A DNA stretch of 64,000 nt, from the NCBI RefSeq assembly GCF_009834535.1, contig NC_045697.1, positions 69,938,001 to 70,002,000 on the forward strand, written 5' to 3'. This stretch comes from Camelus ferus. Taxonomy: Eukaryota. The position numbers were made by a program, and so were the translations under genes. Shown here piece by piece: positions 1-11,555 of this stretch (within the stretch, counting starts at the first letter, position 1; every line of letters starts with the position of its first letter). The notes under the pieces are model-generated. The model had not been told where the DNA came from and did not search any database. It saw nothing but the letters and a program-made list of their open reading frames with translations.

Positions 1-251
1 GTGCTCAGGCGCTTCCGTAATAAAAGTACTCTTCCATCTTTTTTCATAAAAAAATTAGCATATTCACTATGCTCCAGACATTGTGCATTATCACATTAAA
101 TCTGAAGGATTTCTGAGGCTAATAGTTTTATTATGTACAGTTAACAGATGAGACTGAAGCCTCAGCAGTGAAGTAACTTAACCCCCAATCACACAGGTAG
201 TATTGGAACTGGAATATAAATCCCTCTGCCTGGCTGCAAAGCCCACGCTCT

Positions 252-822
252 TTTATTTTTTAATGGAAGAATTGTTGATTTACAATAGTGGGTTAGTTTC
301 TGGTGTACAGTATAGTGATTCAGTTATACATCCATATATATATTCTTTCTCATTATAGGTTATTACAAGGCATTGAATATAGTTCCCTGTGCTCTACGGT
401 AGGACCTTGTTTACCTGTTCTGTATATATATTACTGTATATAGTAATTTGTATCTGCAAACCTCGAACTCCCAATTTATCCCCCCTCTCCCCCACGTCCC
501 CCTTTGGTAACCATAAGTTTGTTATCTATGTCTCTGAGTCTCTTTCTGTTTTGTAAATAATTTTATTTGTGCAATTTTTTGAAAGATTCCACAAATAAGT
601 GATATCATATGGTACTTGTCTTTCTCTGACTTACTTCACTTAGTATGATCATCTCTAGGTCCATCTATGTTGCTGCAAATGGCATTATTTCATTCTTTTT
701 TATGGCTGAGTAGTATTCCTTTGTATATAAATACCACAGCTTCTTTATCCAGTCATCTGTTGATGGACATTTAGGTTGCTTCCATGTCTTGACTATTGTA
801 AATAGTGCTGATATGAACATTA
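252..822 (-). mobile_element. 5'-truncated L1 3' end inserted in a MIR-like element
   Basis: Antisense L1 3' UTR and ORF2 end; degenerate 16-bp TSD gcaaagcccacgctct (236-251) / gcaaaacccatactct (823-838). Confidence 0.85.
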
Positions 823-3666
823 GCAAAACCCATACTCTTGCTCACTGTGTTTTACCATCCCTCTGCTGCATAAATAAGCACCTAAGAAATCTTCTTTCAT
901 GGGAAACCACTTGCTTCTAAACTAAGAATGTGCTGTCCCTGTGTGCCATCTTACAAGGAATAAGTGACTTGGTGCAGAGGAGGTACCACAGACACCCAAT
1001 AAATGCTTGTTGAATTAATTAATCATTATTTTATAATGGTATATCTTGCAGTGTGGCATGCCTGAAAACTTTAGCTGCATATTAATGATTTTACATCTTC
1101 AGATTTTAGAATTCTTTCTTAATAACTTTAAAGAACTTTACTCTTAAGACAAGGGTCAGATTAGAAGCTACGTAGATAACAAATATAAACAACCAAAATG
1201 AATATGCTTACTCTGTGAGATGCACTTCTTTTTTCCATCTTTCCTCCCTTCACAAGTTTTCATTTTTATCAAGTCATTTTCTGAATGTCATAAAGAAATG
1301 TGTAACGTCATTACAATTACAGAGAGTAACAGCATGATGTAAGGCGACAAATCACTTTTTTTAGTGAACTCTATTAAAATATATCACTTTTCAGAGGTAA
1401 CTACCAGTAAGAGAGGGCATACTGAAAAAAAAAAAATCTAGGGGTGACCGAGTGTGGAGAAGCCACATTGGGATCTGAGGCTGCCCGCGTCTGGGAAGAA
1501 CTGCGGGATGTGGTAAGTATGGCCTTAAGGGATGTGGCCAATGGAGGGCTTGGGTTGAGTAGAAAGTTTGTAGTCGGGATGGGGCTAATGATCTAGGGGG
1601 GAAAGGCTGAGTTATCTGGAAGCCTGTTGGGAAAAGTTCAGATTCAGTTTACATGGAGGAATAGGGGAAAAATTTTGTTGTGATTGGCAAACAGTGCCTC
1701 AACGATTCAAACATCCTCGATGAATCAAACATTCCAGATCTTTTTCTTGAAAGACTTCATGCTCCTTGTCATCAAAGTTTTGAAAGCAAGAATACAATTT
1801 TTACCACTGAAATATAAAAAAGGGGACAGCAGTGCATTAGGCTTCTGGAACAATATTTAGGTAGTATTGCATTACGATATGGACAAAATAAGGCTGTATT
1901 ATTTTCCAGGCCTCTTTGTAGATGCTTTTAAAATAGACCAGCTAATCTCAAAAACAGCCCAGTGTACTAAATAGTATTATTCTCATTTTACAGATGAGGA
2001 AACTGAGCTTCAGGGAGGTCAGGAAAGCAGCTTATACCACAGTAGGTGATGAAGTTGGAATTTGAACCTGGGATTTGAATCCAAGATTCCCTGAATCCAA
2101 GACCTTTTTCTTTTTCTCTATGCAGTCCTATTAAGTACTTCCTAGATTAAAATAACTTCTAGATGCTTATAAAATTATAAAACCCAACATTTACTATTCT
2201 TGGTGATTTTTCCTTTTCATTTTTTCACAGCATTTATAAAAGATTGTGTTTATATTCCTATGAGCCATATGTATACATAGACGTACACTTATAGCCTCAC
2301 CCCCCGGCACACACAACTGACCACTCTTTGTGTACCGGAGCAGAACCAAAGGAGAATTCTGGCTTCCCCTGACCACGTTACTCCTGTGAGTCGCCTCAGT
2401 TCAGAGATAAGGTGGCCTGCGGCTGCGGGACATGAGTACTGCATAACCCTTCAGTTTCGCAGTTAGGTATGCATCCTGCATGTGCCTGTCTGTCTTCACT
2501 GCACACGGACCTGCCATGTCAGTGCAGCCAACATCACAGAAAGCAGAATTCCAAGGTAGAAAGAGATTTGTCATGTCTTATTTTTACACTACCTTTTTTT
2601 GGCCGATAAGACTGCTACAGTAATTGCAAAAACAATAGTTCCTACCTTCTAAGAACTAAAATGGGGACTGACTCCCATTTTTGAGGCTTCCCTTCTCCAA
2701 GCACTTGTCACTCAGAGTTTTGAAGGCTTTCCTATGCATCACATCAGCTATGGAAATTTTCAAAATGGGTGTCCTTAAGTTTGAATGCAGATTAAAAATT
2801 TTTGGAGCTACGATTCAGGAAAATTTGCCTGGAAATGAACACTTCTCTGCATTCTAGATTTAAGTACATTTTTTCCTTTCCTAGGTGATAGGAGAAACAC
2901 AGAGGGAACGTCTCAAGGTGCTAAGGAAGTGAGTGGTTAGAACAGTGTTGCGTATATAGTTTCATGGTGCATGTGGAAATACAGACACATCCACCTGAAG
3001 ACTTACTAGGCCGGGATCCCCTCATTTGCACATTGTGTATTAGGAGGAAATAGCACAATACTTTATTGAGAATACAATATGGAAACAAAACAAAAACTGA
3101 CTATTGTGATACTTTAATAGACTCCCTATAGGTTAGATATGTAGGCACAGAGGCATCTAAGGGAACAACACTGATGTATATTGTTACGTAAATTATAGTT
3201 CAAACTGAAGCTCCTCCCTCTTTTTTTTTTTTAAATGGAGAGTATTATATTAATACACACCTCTCTCCTGAATGATGTAATTCTTTCCTGACTTTGTTCT
3301 GTGTGCAATGCATGAGATATTAATCTTTTTGGCCATAAAATCAGACAGAAGTTTAAGGTTACCATCTTTGCCCCTGAAAGCTAAAATAAACAAAAACAAA
3401 GCAAAACGTGTGCCAAAAGATAGGAGTTTGTGTTGGGTCACATTTTTACATTACCAGGAAGACTAGTTACTAATGAAGTGATTAAGAAGATGTTTTTAAT
3501 TTTATAAATATTTACTTATATTCAAAAAATAATTCAAATTACATTTCTACCTTTGTTTTCCAGGTTCCCAGACAAATGGCTTTCAGATGATGCTAGGCAT
3601 TAAAACCTCCGGAGGCTGGGGAATCCTGCTTAAAATGCAGACTCCCAGGCTCTGTTCCCAGAATTT

Positions 3667-3761
3667 TTTTTTTAATGGACATACTGGGGATTAAACTCAG
3701 AACCTCATGCATGCTGAGCACACACTCTACCACTGAGCTATGCCCACATCTGCCCAAACCC
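3667..3761 (-). mobile_element. tRNA-Ala-derived SINE (Vic-1-type) inserted in a MER5-like element
   Basis: Reverse complement reads TAGCTCAGTGGTAGAGTGTGTGCTCAGCATGCATGAGGTTCTGAGTTTAATCCCCAG plus A tail; TSD cccagaattt (3657-3666 / 3762-3771). Confidence 0.85.
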
Positions 3762-3829
3762 CCCAGAATTTCAGACTCAGTAAGTTTGAGGGGTGGAGCG
3801 CTCAGGAAATGACCTTTTAAGAAACTTCT

Positions 3830-4290
3830 TATTGAGGCATCATATTCAAACAGGAGAGTGCCCACATCAGTGGTGTGTAGCTCAGTGATTTTCACAAACT
3901 GAACCCACACGTGGAACCAGCACCCAGTTCAGGACACAGAATCTTCCCTGTCCTCAGAGCCTTCCTCCCTCTGTCCCTCCCCTCACCCTCCCTGTGCAGC
4001 CATGATCATTGTGCTCCCCCTGACGCCGTAGACTGGTTTTGTCTGTTGCTGTATTTCATGAGAATGGGGGACTGTACAATTTACACTCTTTGTGATTCAG
4101 ACTTCCCTCACTCACGTTGTGTCCGGGAGCTTCATCCTCATCGTTCTGTGCAGTCACAGGTCAGTCCTTCTCACTGCTCTGTGGTATTCCGCTGTGTGAC
4201 TACTCCAACTAATGCATTCGTTCTGCTTCTGCTGGGAATTCGGGTAGTTTCCAGTTCTGGCTATTACACTCGTCCTGCTGTAAACACTGC
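3830..4290 (-). mobile_element. Old L1 (L1ME-like) 3' end
   Basis: Antisense L1 3' UTR-like sequence; boundaries approximate. Confidence 0.6.
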
Positions 4291-4774
4291 TGCTGGAACA
4301 ACCAGTGAAAGCTTAGCCCTATAATCAAGGTTCATAAAAGAGAGTCTGGGGACTTACAAGAATTTTGTCTCAAAGCTAAAAAGGAAGAGGAGTAAAGTGA
4401 GGCTTATTTTTTTAAAAATAAGAGCTAAGGGCAAATAACAAAGCTTTTAGTGTTTTAATGCTATGTCTTCAACAAAAATAGAGGAAAAAAGCAGTTAAAG
4501 AGAGCAGAATTACACAACCCTTATTTTTCTTACATCTTTTCAGTAAGGAAAACTCCAGTAAGTCAACAATGGGTAGACTGCACATGGTTAAGACAGAGCT
4601 GAATCCTAATTTTAGACCAAAAGATGGTAAGTTAGCAAGTGGTAGGTTTGAGTGCTAGCAAATACATTCTGGGATCCTGAAAACTTATGCTGGTGATTCT
4701 TACTGCCTGAGTGGAGTCCAGACCCCTGGGCCTGGCAGAAGCTCAGGGTCCACTAGTCACTGGATTCAGAATTT

Positions 4775-5286
4775 GCTAAATCTTGGCTTAACACCTTTGC
4801 TGTTACCTCACAGCTTCCATGGGTGAGGACTGTGGGTGTGGTTTAACTCGAGCTAGGTCCCCGGATCAGGGTCTCATAAGGCAGCAATCCAGGTGCCAGC
4901 TGGGGCCGGGCTCTCATCTGTGGCTTGGGGTCCTCTTTCAAGCTCTCAGGGTTGTTGGCAGCTTCATGAATGCCTGCATCTTTAAGGGCAGCAGGGGAGC
5001 TTGTCTGTTCTTAGGGAAGGCCTCAATCTCTTTTAAAGGGCTTGCCTGATTAGGCTAGGCCCACCCCAAACGATTTGATGAACAGAGTTTGATGAACTCA
5101 AAGTAATTCTAATCTGAGATTTTAATTATATCTGCAAAAATCTCTTCATCTGTGCCATAGCATGTAATCACAGGAGTGACAACCACCATAATCACGGGTG
5201 CTCCCACAATCAAGGGAAGGAGAGAATACAGGGTGTGTACAAGGGGGAGGGAGACTAGGGGGCCAGTTAAGAATTCTTCCTACTAC
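4775..5286 (-). mobile_element. MaLR LTR (MLT1-like)
   Basis: MLT1-type motifs ending ...gaattcttcctactaca; boundaries approximate. Confidence 0.6.
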
Positions 5287-5659
5287 ATTTACATCAGTAC
5301 TTTTGTCGCACTTTGGAGATCACGAAGTACTGTCTTCTGTGGTCGCTGGATATCTGTCGCAAATTCAGGACTGAATCGTGTGCTCCTAAAATTGACAGAA
5401 CAGAGTGTAGCATGGGTAAGACAGATGAAATTAAGTTTTATTTTTTGCATTGTTTTAAATTAGCACTTTGCCTTTCATAAATTATTTACATTACCTTCTT
5501 ATATGCTAATCAGACACCAGTAGCATTTTTACAGTAAATGTGAAATGAGGATACAGATGGAACAGGCCTGATCTGTCCGCAGCTCTGACATGGCCACGCT
5601 GCTCGCACGTGGAGAGAGCGGGCCTCACAGCGTGTCCTGCCTGTGCACACCTGTGTGCG

Positions 5660-6041
5660 CCTGCAGGGCTGCCACAGCATAACGCCACAGGCTGGGGGGC
5701 TTGAATGACAGACATTAATTTTTTTCACAGTTCTGCGGCTGGAAGTCTAAGATCAGTTGCTGGCAGGGCTGGTTTCTGGTACAGCCTCTCTTCCTGACTA
5801 GGATCTGGACGCCTCTGTGTCCCCATACGACCTTCCTTCTGTGTGTGCATAGAGACAAAGAGTGCTCTGGTGTCTCTTCCTCTTCTTATAAGGACACCAG
5901 TCCTAGCAGTTTAGGCCCCACTCTTACGACCTCATCTAACCTTAACTACCTGCTCCGAGGTCTTATCTCCAAATATAGTCGTGGGGGGGGTGTTAGTGCT
6001 TCAGCATACGAATTTTGGGAGACGCCATTCTGTCCGTAACA
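5660..6041 (-). mobile_element. MaLR LTR (MLT1A-like)
   Basis: cacagttctgcggctggaagtctaagatc ... tcttataaggacaccagtc ... ccgtaaca. Confidence 0.75.
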
Positions 6042-6217
6042 AGACTCAAAACGTCTAAGGACAGTGAACAACCTGTACAGTTTCCTGCTTATGATTAGCA
6101 GTGTTTTAAAAATTACTAATCACCACGCACAGATTCATGTGTTTATGCCAAGAAATCTCTCCATATCTTTTCTTGTTTGCTGAAAATAATAGAATGTCTT
6201 GGATTGGGAGTCTGTTT

Positions 6218-6231
6218 GTTACCAGGGCAAC
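6218..6231. promoter_or_regulatory. RFX X-box motif
   Basis: GTTACCAGGGCAAC fits the consensus GTNRCC-N0-3-RGYAAC exactly. Confidence 0.5.
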
Positions 6232-9200
6232 AAGGTATGTGTGCTGCCCTGAGCTGTGCCGCAGAGCCATCTCTATCCCTTGGTTCTGACGGAATTACTG
6301 CAAACTGTGCCCAGACCAACCAGCTGTATCATTTTCCCTAGTAATGAGACAAGAAAGGTCCCCACAAGTCCTCATAAAAGTAAAATAACAGAACCACAGT
6401 ATATAGCAAGGGGCATAGCTCCCTCTGACAGACTCCTGGTCCCTCCAAGGAGAGGTACAACCCACAGAGTGTAGAGACCTCTCCATAGGAGTCAGGTATG
6501 AATGTCAGGATCCATGGTAGAGACGTCTGCTTATAACCTAATAAATGTTTTCTGAGACCCTATTTTAGAAAGGGGTGGAAATGTGCTCTGTGAAGAAGCT
6601 ACATTTTCTGTGCAGCTACAAGTGATCAGTGCATCCAGATTATTGCCTGGGACTCATGGAAAGACCTGGTAGACACAGGAAGCATGTGGCTAGCATGTGT
6701 CCTTGTTTGCTCTTACCCTCTTTCCTCTTGTTTTCTGCCTGGACTATTGATTTGATGCCAGTAGCCATTTGGGTGACTGGAACTTCAGGAACCATCTTGG
6801 GTAAGAGTTAACCTCCAGAAGAGAAGCCACATATCAAGGAAGATGGACCTAAAATGTGGAACAAGCCGGAGTCCATGACACCACGGACCTTCTATACCAA
6901 CCCTGGACTGCTGAACCCTTTCATGTGAGGGAGAAATAATCTTTCTATTGGCTGTAGAAAGCCAACTCCTAACTGATACAAAGTATAGGATGAAAATCCC
7001 AAAATGCAAAAATTACATTAGAAAATCCTTTAAATCTCCTATAAAATTCATAAGTCTTGAATGATTTATAGGCATGGGGAGATGGTGAGCCTTTAATTCT
7101 TGAGGCCAGTCAAGAAAATAGATTAGATTCTAACCTTGCATTGTTTTAAATTAGTATTTGTCTTTCAGAAATTAGCTACATTGCTTTCAGAGACTGTAAT
7201 TCAGAAATTAAGTCATGTGTGGTCTGAAAAGAAAATTATTGGGAAGCACTAGCATATATAATCCTGATGGTTGACAGCAACATATATGTACACGCACATG
7301 TGTGTATGTGCACATGTGCAATTCCTATGTATGAGCGTCCATTTTCACGTTTCACACAAAATTTTATTACTTTAACTGTATTACTTAATGCTTCTTTATG
7401 ACTTTTAATTAAAATTTCAATTTTTTTCAAGGTTGTTGAACGAATCATCAGTGTGGACATCCTGACTTGATTACATCTACATGGTGTGTGTTTTTTGAAC
7501 AAAATTTTGCAGAGACTTATCAATATGATTGAAATTCCTCTTTTTATCTCTCTCTTCTTTTTCTTTTATATTTGATTCAGCTCTAGTTTACATTCCAAAC
7601 TGAGAAAAGTCACGGCGGCCACGTGGTTTTGTCAAGCTGTGGGTAAGTGAAGCTCTGAGAAGAATGGTAGGTGGAGAGGTTCTGGAACGCAGATTTCCCT
7701 AAGGAATGTTACCACGTTGCTAGGCTGTGTAGTGTATCTTAACAACCAGGGAGCCACATAGGCTCCTTGGAGCCAGAGTAGGAGAAACTGGAGGGAGACA
7801 GTTACATTCTTTTGGAAGCATTAAACAGTAGACTGTCTCTGCCAATTAAAAATTCCCAGCTCCAGTGCAAAGATTTAAGGAGATCAATGACAGACCCCTT
7901 ATAAGGCTTGTAGGGTATCAACAGCCTTGAGTTCCTGTCAACCAGATCACCTTTTAAAACTGTCCTCAGGTATAATTTTAAATTCATCATTAAAGTAATT
8001 TTCTAAAATTTTAAATATGATTAGTTAATGGACCTCAATCAAGTTCATGTAAAAGCCAATTAATTGGTTTTGAGGAAATGGGCATTATCTTTTAAAGTAA
8101 ACCACCTATCTTTGAGGAGATCATATAAATAAAATATGCTGAGTTTGTGGGATAAAGACATTTAGTCTGTGGAAATATTTACCTTCATTTAATAAATACT
8201 TATAGAGCATAAACTGTGACAGGTACTGGGAGTACACAGGTGGAAAACTGGACCAGATCACTGCCTGCTTGATTATTATGTCCTGTTGAGAGAAGCAGAA
8301 AATAAATACAGAAATGTAAAAAAAAAAAATGTCGAAGAGTGACACACATTATGTGTTATGAAGACATGAAGACAGCTTAAGGGGGTTTGAGGGACAGTGA
8401 ATGAGGCTGGGAGTGATGGTGGAAGCTACCTTGGAGAGGGGTAAGGGAGTCTTTTGGAGAAAGTCTTGTTTGGACAGAGCAATGAATGAAGTGAGGGAGG
8501 GAGCCACTGGCAGACCTGAGTGGTACGTACCCTAGGCTAGGGGCTCTGCAAATGCAGAGCGGTCCAGCAGTCCTCACCTAAATAATGGTCTTTACATCCC
8601 TAGGAATTCATAGTAACTGTCAGCGGCTCATTGGTCACACACTGTGTTCTCCTTCTGTAAGCAGACGTTTGGCACATGTGCTGTTTTGGACTAAGAATAT
8701 TAATATTTAATACAGATTTCCATGGTATTTTCTAAGTAACAGTGGCCAGGACTAGATCGATTAATAATGTTTTTAAAACCGCTGATTTTGAGGATTTTTT
8801 GTCACGTGGTCTAAATAAAGTTCAACAATTTACTAATAAATCAATAGATGCAAGAGGATTTAGAAAAGGAAATGCTGTTCTCAGAAGTACTTACACAATT
8901 CTCTGAAAGGTGAATGATAATTTTAATTGGCTTTTCCCACAGAGTTAACTCTACACAGGTTTTTCTCTTTCTCCTCAGGGTGAAAGCACGGTGTTAGCAT
9001 CACAATTAAAGTAGAATTATAAACAGAACGTGGCTACTTTCATTCAGCAAATCTTTTGCGTGTATCCTCTAAGTCAGGTCTCAGTCTAGGTTTTGCAAGA
9101 AACAGGCAGTGAGGCAAGACCCAGGATATTTACTAATAATAACTACAATGTTCATATTTGCCAACTGTTTTGTTTTTTAAAAAGAATTAATACAAAGATT

Positions 9201-10124
9201 TGTAAGTTCTCTAACACTATCGCTGGCATTTTGTTGTAATGCCACATGCTTACCTGATTGGAAAGATGGGAGTTAGAACCCGCTTATACAGCTGTTACCG
9301 ACACACTGTAGTTACGGTGATTGAAACCTTTTTTTGGTACTTTGCTTCCCCACAATTTTGGGATTCAGTCTTTTAAGATCTGAACATGTGCTGGGAATGC
9401 GTCTTCCATGTGAACATTGTCTGTTATGTGCATCATGATGGGGAAAACAGGCTGTGAACTGCTGCTCCCTATTCTTTAGCAAATACCTATTAAGCTAAAA
9501 TACTGGAAACAAGTGTGTATTTTGTGTTTTCCTTATGCTGTTTTAAATTTTTGTTTGTTTTTAAAATAGGCCTACTGTTTATCACAAGACCATATTCAGT
9601 CCCCAGTAAATAATCCATTGGCAAATTTGTAGAAGTAACTATAACTGATTTAGTCTACAAAATCCATCATCTACATTTGACAAGTTTTGCATTGATGGAT
9701 CTCCCCAATACTGGCTTAGGAAAATTTTTAGTCACTTCATTACAAAATCAATGAGATTTCTGGTTCTCTAACAAAGATAATATTTATTTATCAATAAGTA
9801 AGTTATATGTTTCCTGGGTCTCCACTTCTATTAATTCCTTATTTTAATAATATGTTCTTCTCATATTTCTCCTGTCTTTTGTAGAAAAAAATCCACCTTT
9901 TTGCATGAGAATGAATGATTCTTTCATTTCTTCTGAGTTTATGTCTTAAAAAGTTACAGTCCAAAATCAATGCTTGTTATAAAGAGAAATCTTAATAGAG
10001 AAATATTATTCCAAATCAATGCATAAACTTTGGAAAGCTATCCATTAATATCATCAGGCAATGAATTATTAGTCAATTAAAGCGTGTCAAAGTCAAAATA
10101 GGCAAGAGGGGGAATTTTTTAAAT

Positions 10125-11262
10125 GAGTAGATTATTTTTTAGAGTGGTTTTTGAGCTTACAGAAAAATTGATCAGAAAGTACAGGGAGTTCCATATCCCC
10201 TCTGCCCAGTTTCACCTATTATTAACATTTTGCATTAGTGTGATACACTTGTTACAATTGATAAACCAATATTGTACATTATTATTAACTAAAGACCATA
10301 GTTTACATTAGCGTTCCCTCTGCATTATACAGTTCGATGGGTTTTGATGAAATGCATAATGCCATGAATCTATTATGACAGTATACACCAGTATAGCATG
10401 GGTTAGCTTCACTCTCATTCCTCCCTGACTTCTCCTCTGGAACCCTTGGCAACCGCTGATCTTTTTTTTTTTTTACTATCTCCATAGTTTGGCTTTTTTC
10501 TAGAACGTCATATATTTGGAATTAGACAGTATGTAGCCTTTTCAAATGAAAGAGTGACCCCTCTCACTTAGTAACATGCATTTAAGTTTCCTCCATGTCT
10601 TTTCATGGTTTGAAAGCCCATTTCTTTTTGGCACTGCGTAGTATTCCATTATATGGATGCACTACAGTTTATTTATCCATTCCTATTAAAGGACACTTTG
10701 GTTGCTTCCAATTTTTGGTAATTATGAATAAACATTCATTTGTAGGTTTCTGTGTGGACGTAAGCTTTCAGCTCTTTTGGGTGGGCACCTGGAGTGTTAC
10801 TGCTGGATCATACGGTAAGAATATATTTAGCTCTGTAAGAAACTGCCAAACTGTCTTCCACAATGGCTGTACCATTTTGCATTCCCACCAGCAAGGAATG
10901 AGAGGTCCTGTTGCTCCGTATTCTTGCCAGCGTGTGGTGTTGTCAATGTTCTGGATTTTAGCCTTTCTAATAGGTGTGTAGCAGTATTGCATTATTTCAA
11001 TATACAATTCCCTAATGACAAATGATGTTGAGTATCTTTTCATGTGCACACTTATTTGTCATCTGATAATCATCTTTGATGAGGCATTCAGATCTTTTGC
11101 CCAGTTTTTAATTGGGCTGTTTGTTTTCTTACTGTTGAGTTTTAATTTGTTCTTTGTATATTTTGGATACAAGTGTTTTATCAGATATGTGTTTTGCAAA
11201 TATTTTCTCCCAGTTGGTAGCCTGTCTCTTCACTTTTTTAACAGTGTCTTTAACAGAGCAAA
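10125..11262 (-). mobile_element. L1M 3' portion
   Basis: Minus-strand ORF 10768-11049 (HMKRYSTSFVIRE...WWECKMVQPLWKTVWQFL) is the L1 ORF2 C-terminus. Confidence 0.85.
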
Positions 11263-11488
11263 ACATAGTTTTGCTTTTCTGCAGGTTAGAGATAATTTTA
11301 TTTTTCTGTCATTAGATCACTTGCTGGAACAATTCAAAGCACAACTTTGTCCTGAGTCATTCATTTACTTCATTTCTGAAAATTTAAGTTTAGATCAGAT
11401 TCTTAATAGTACATAAAGTATATTTTAGATCTGATAGAATTGTTAATGAAAGATGTGGATAAAATATATATTGGCTTTATTCTTTTAG

Positions 11489-11555
11489 CATCGGAACTTC
11501 CAATAGAAACATAAAAGCCATAACATCAGATTATTAAATTTTCTGTAATCCAAGA
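11489..11555 (+). other. C4orf17: Probable non-coding 5' exon of C4orf17
   Basis: Strong donor A|gtaagc 1.66 kb upstream of the acceptor at 13212; the ATG-bearing exon has an acceptor, so an upstream exon is required. Confidence 0.55.

Noticed and set aside
5299..6234. EF-hand-like similarity (EFCAB8/WDR49 type) in ISVANSGLNRVLLKL...VLDWESV
   Set aside because: Part of the match is intronic under the phase-compatible acceptor at 5369, and the acidic loop residues are absent; too weak without a profile search.
8979..9029. Alternative definition of segment I using the acceptor at 8978
   Set aside because: Good acceptor, but its donors are weak and their phases do not fit J. Not fully excluded, and it is a weak point of the chain model.
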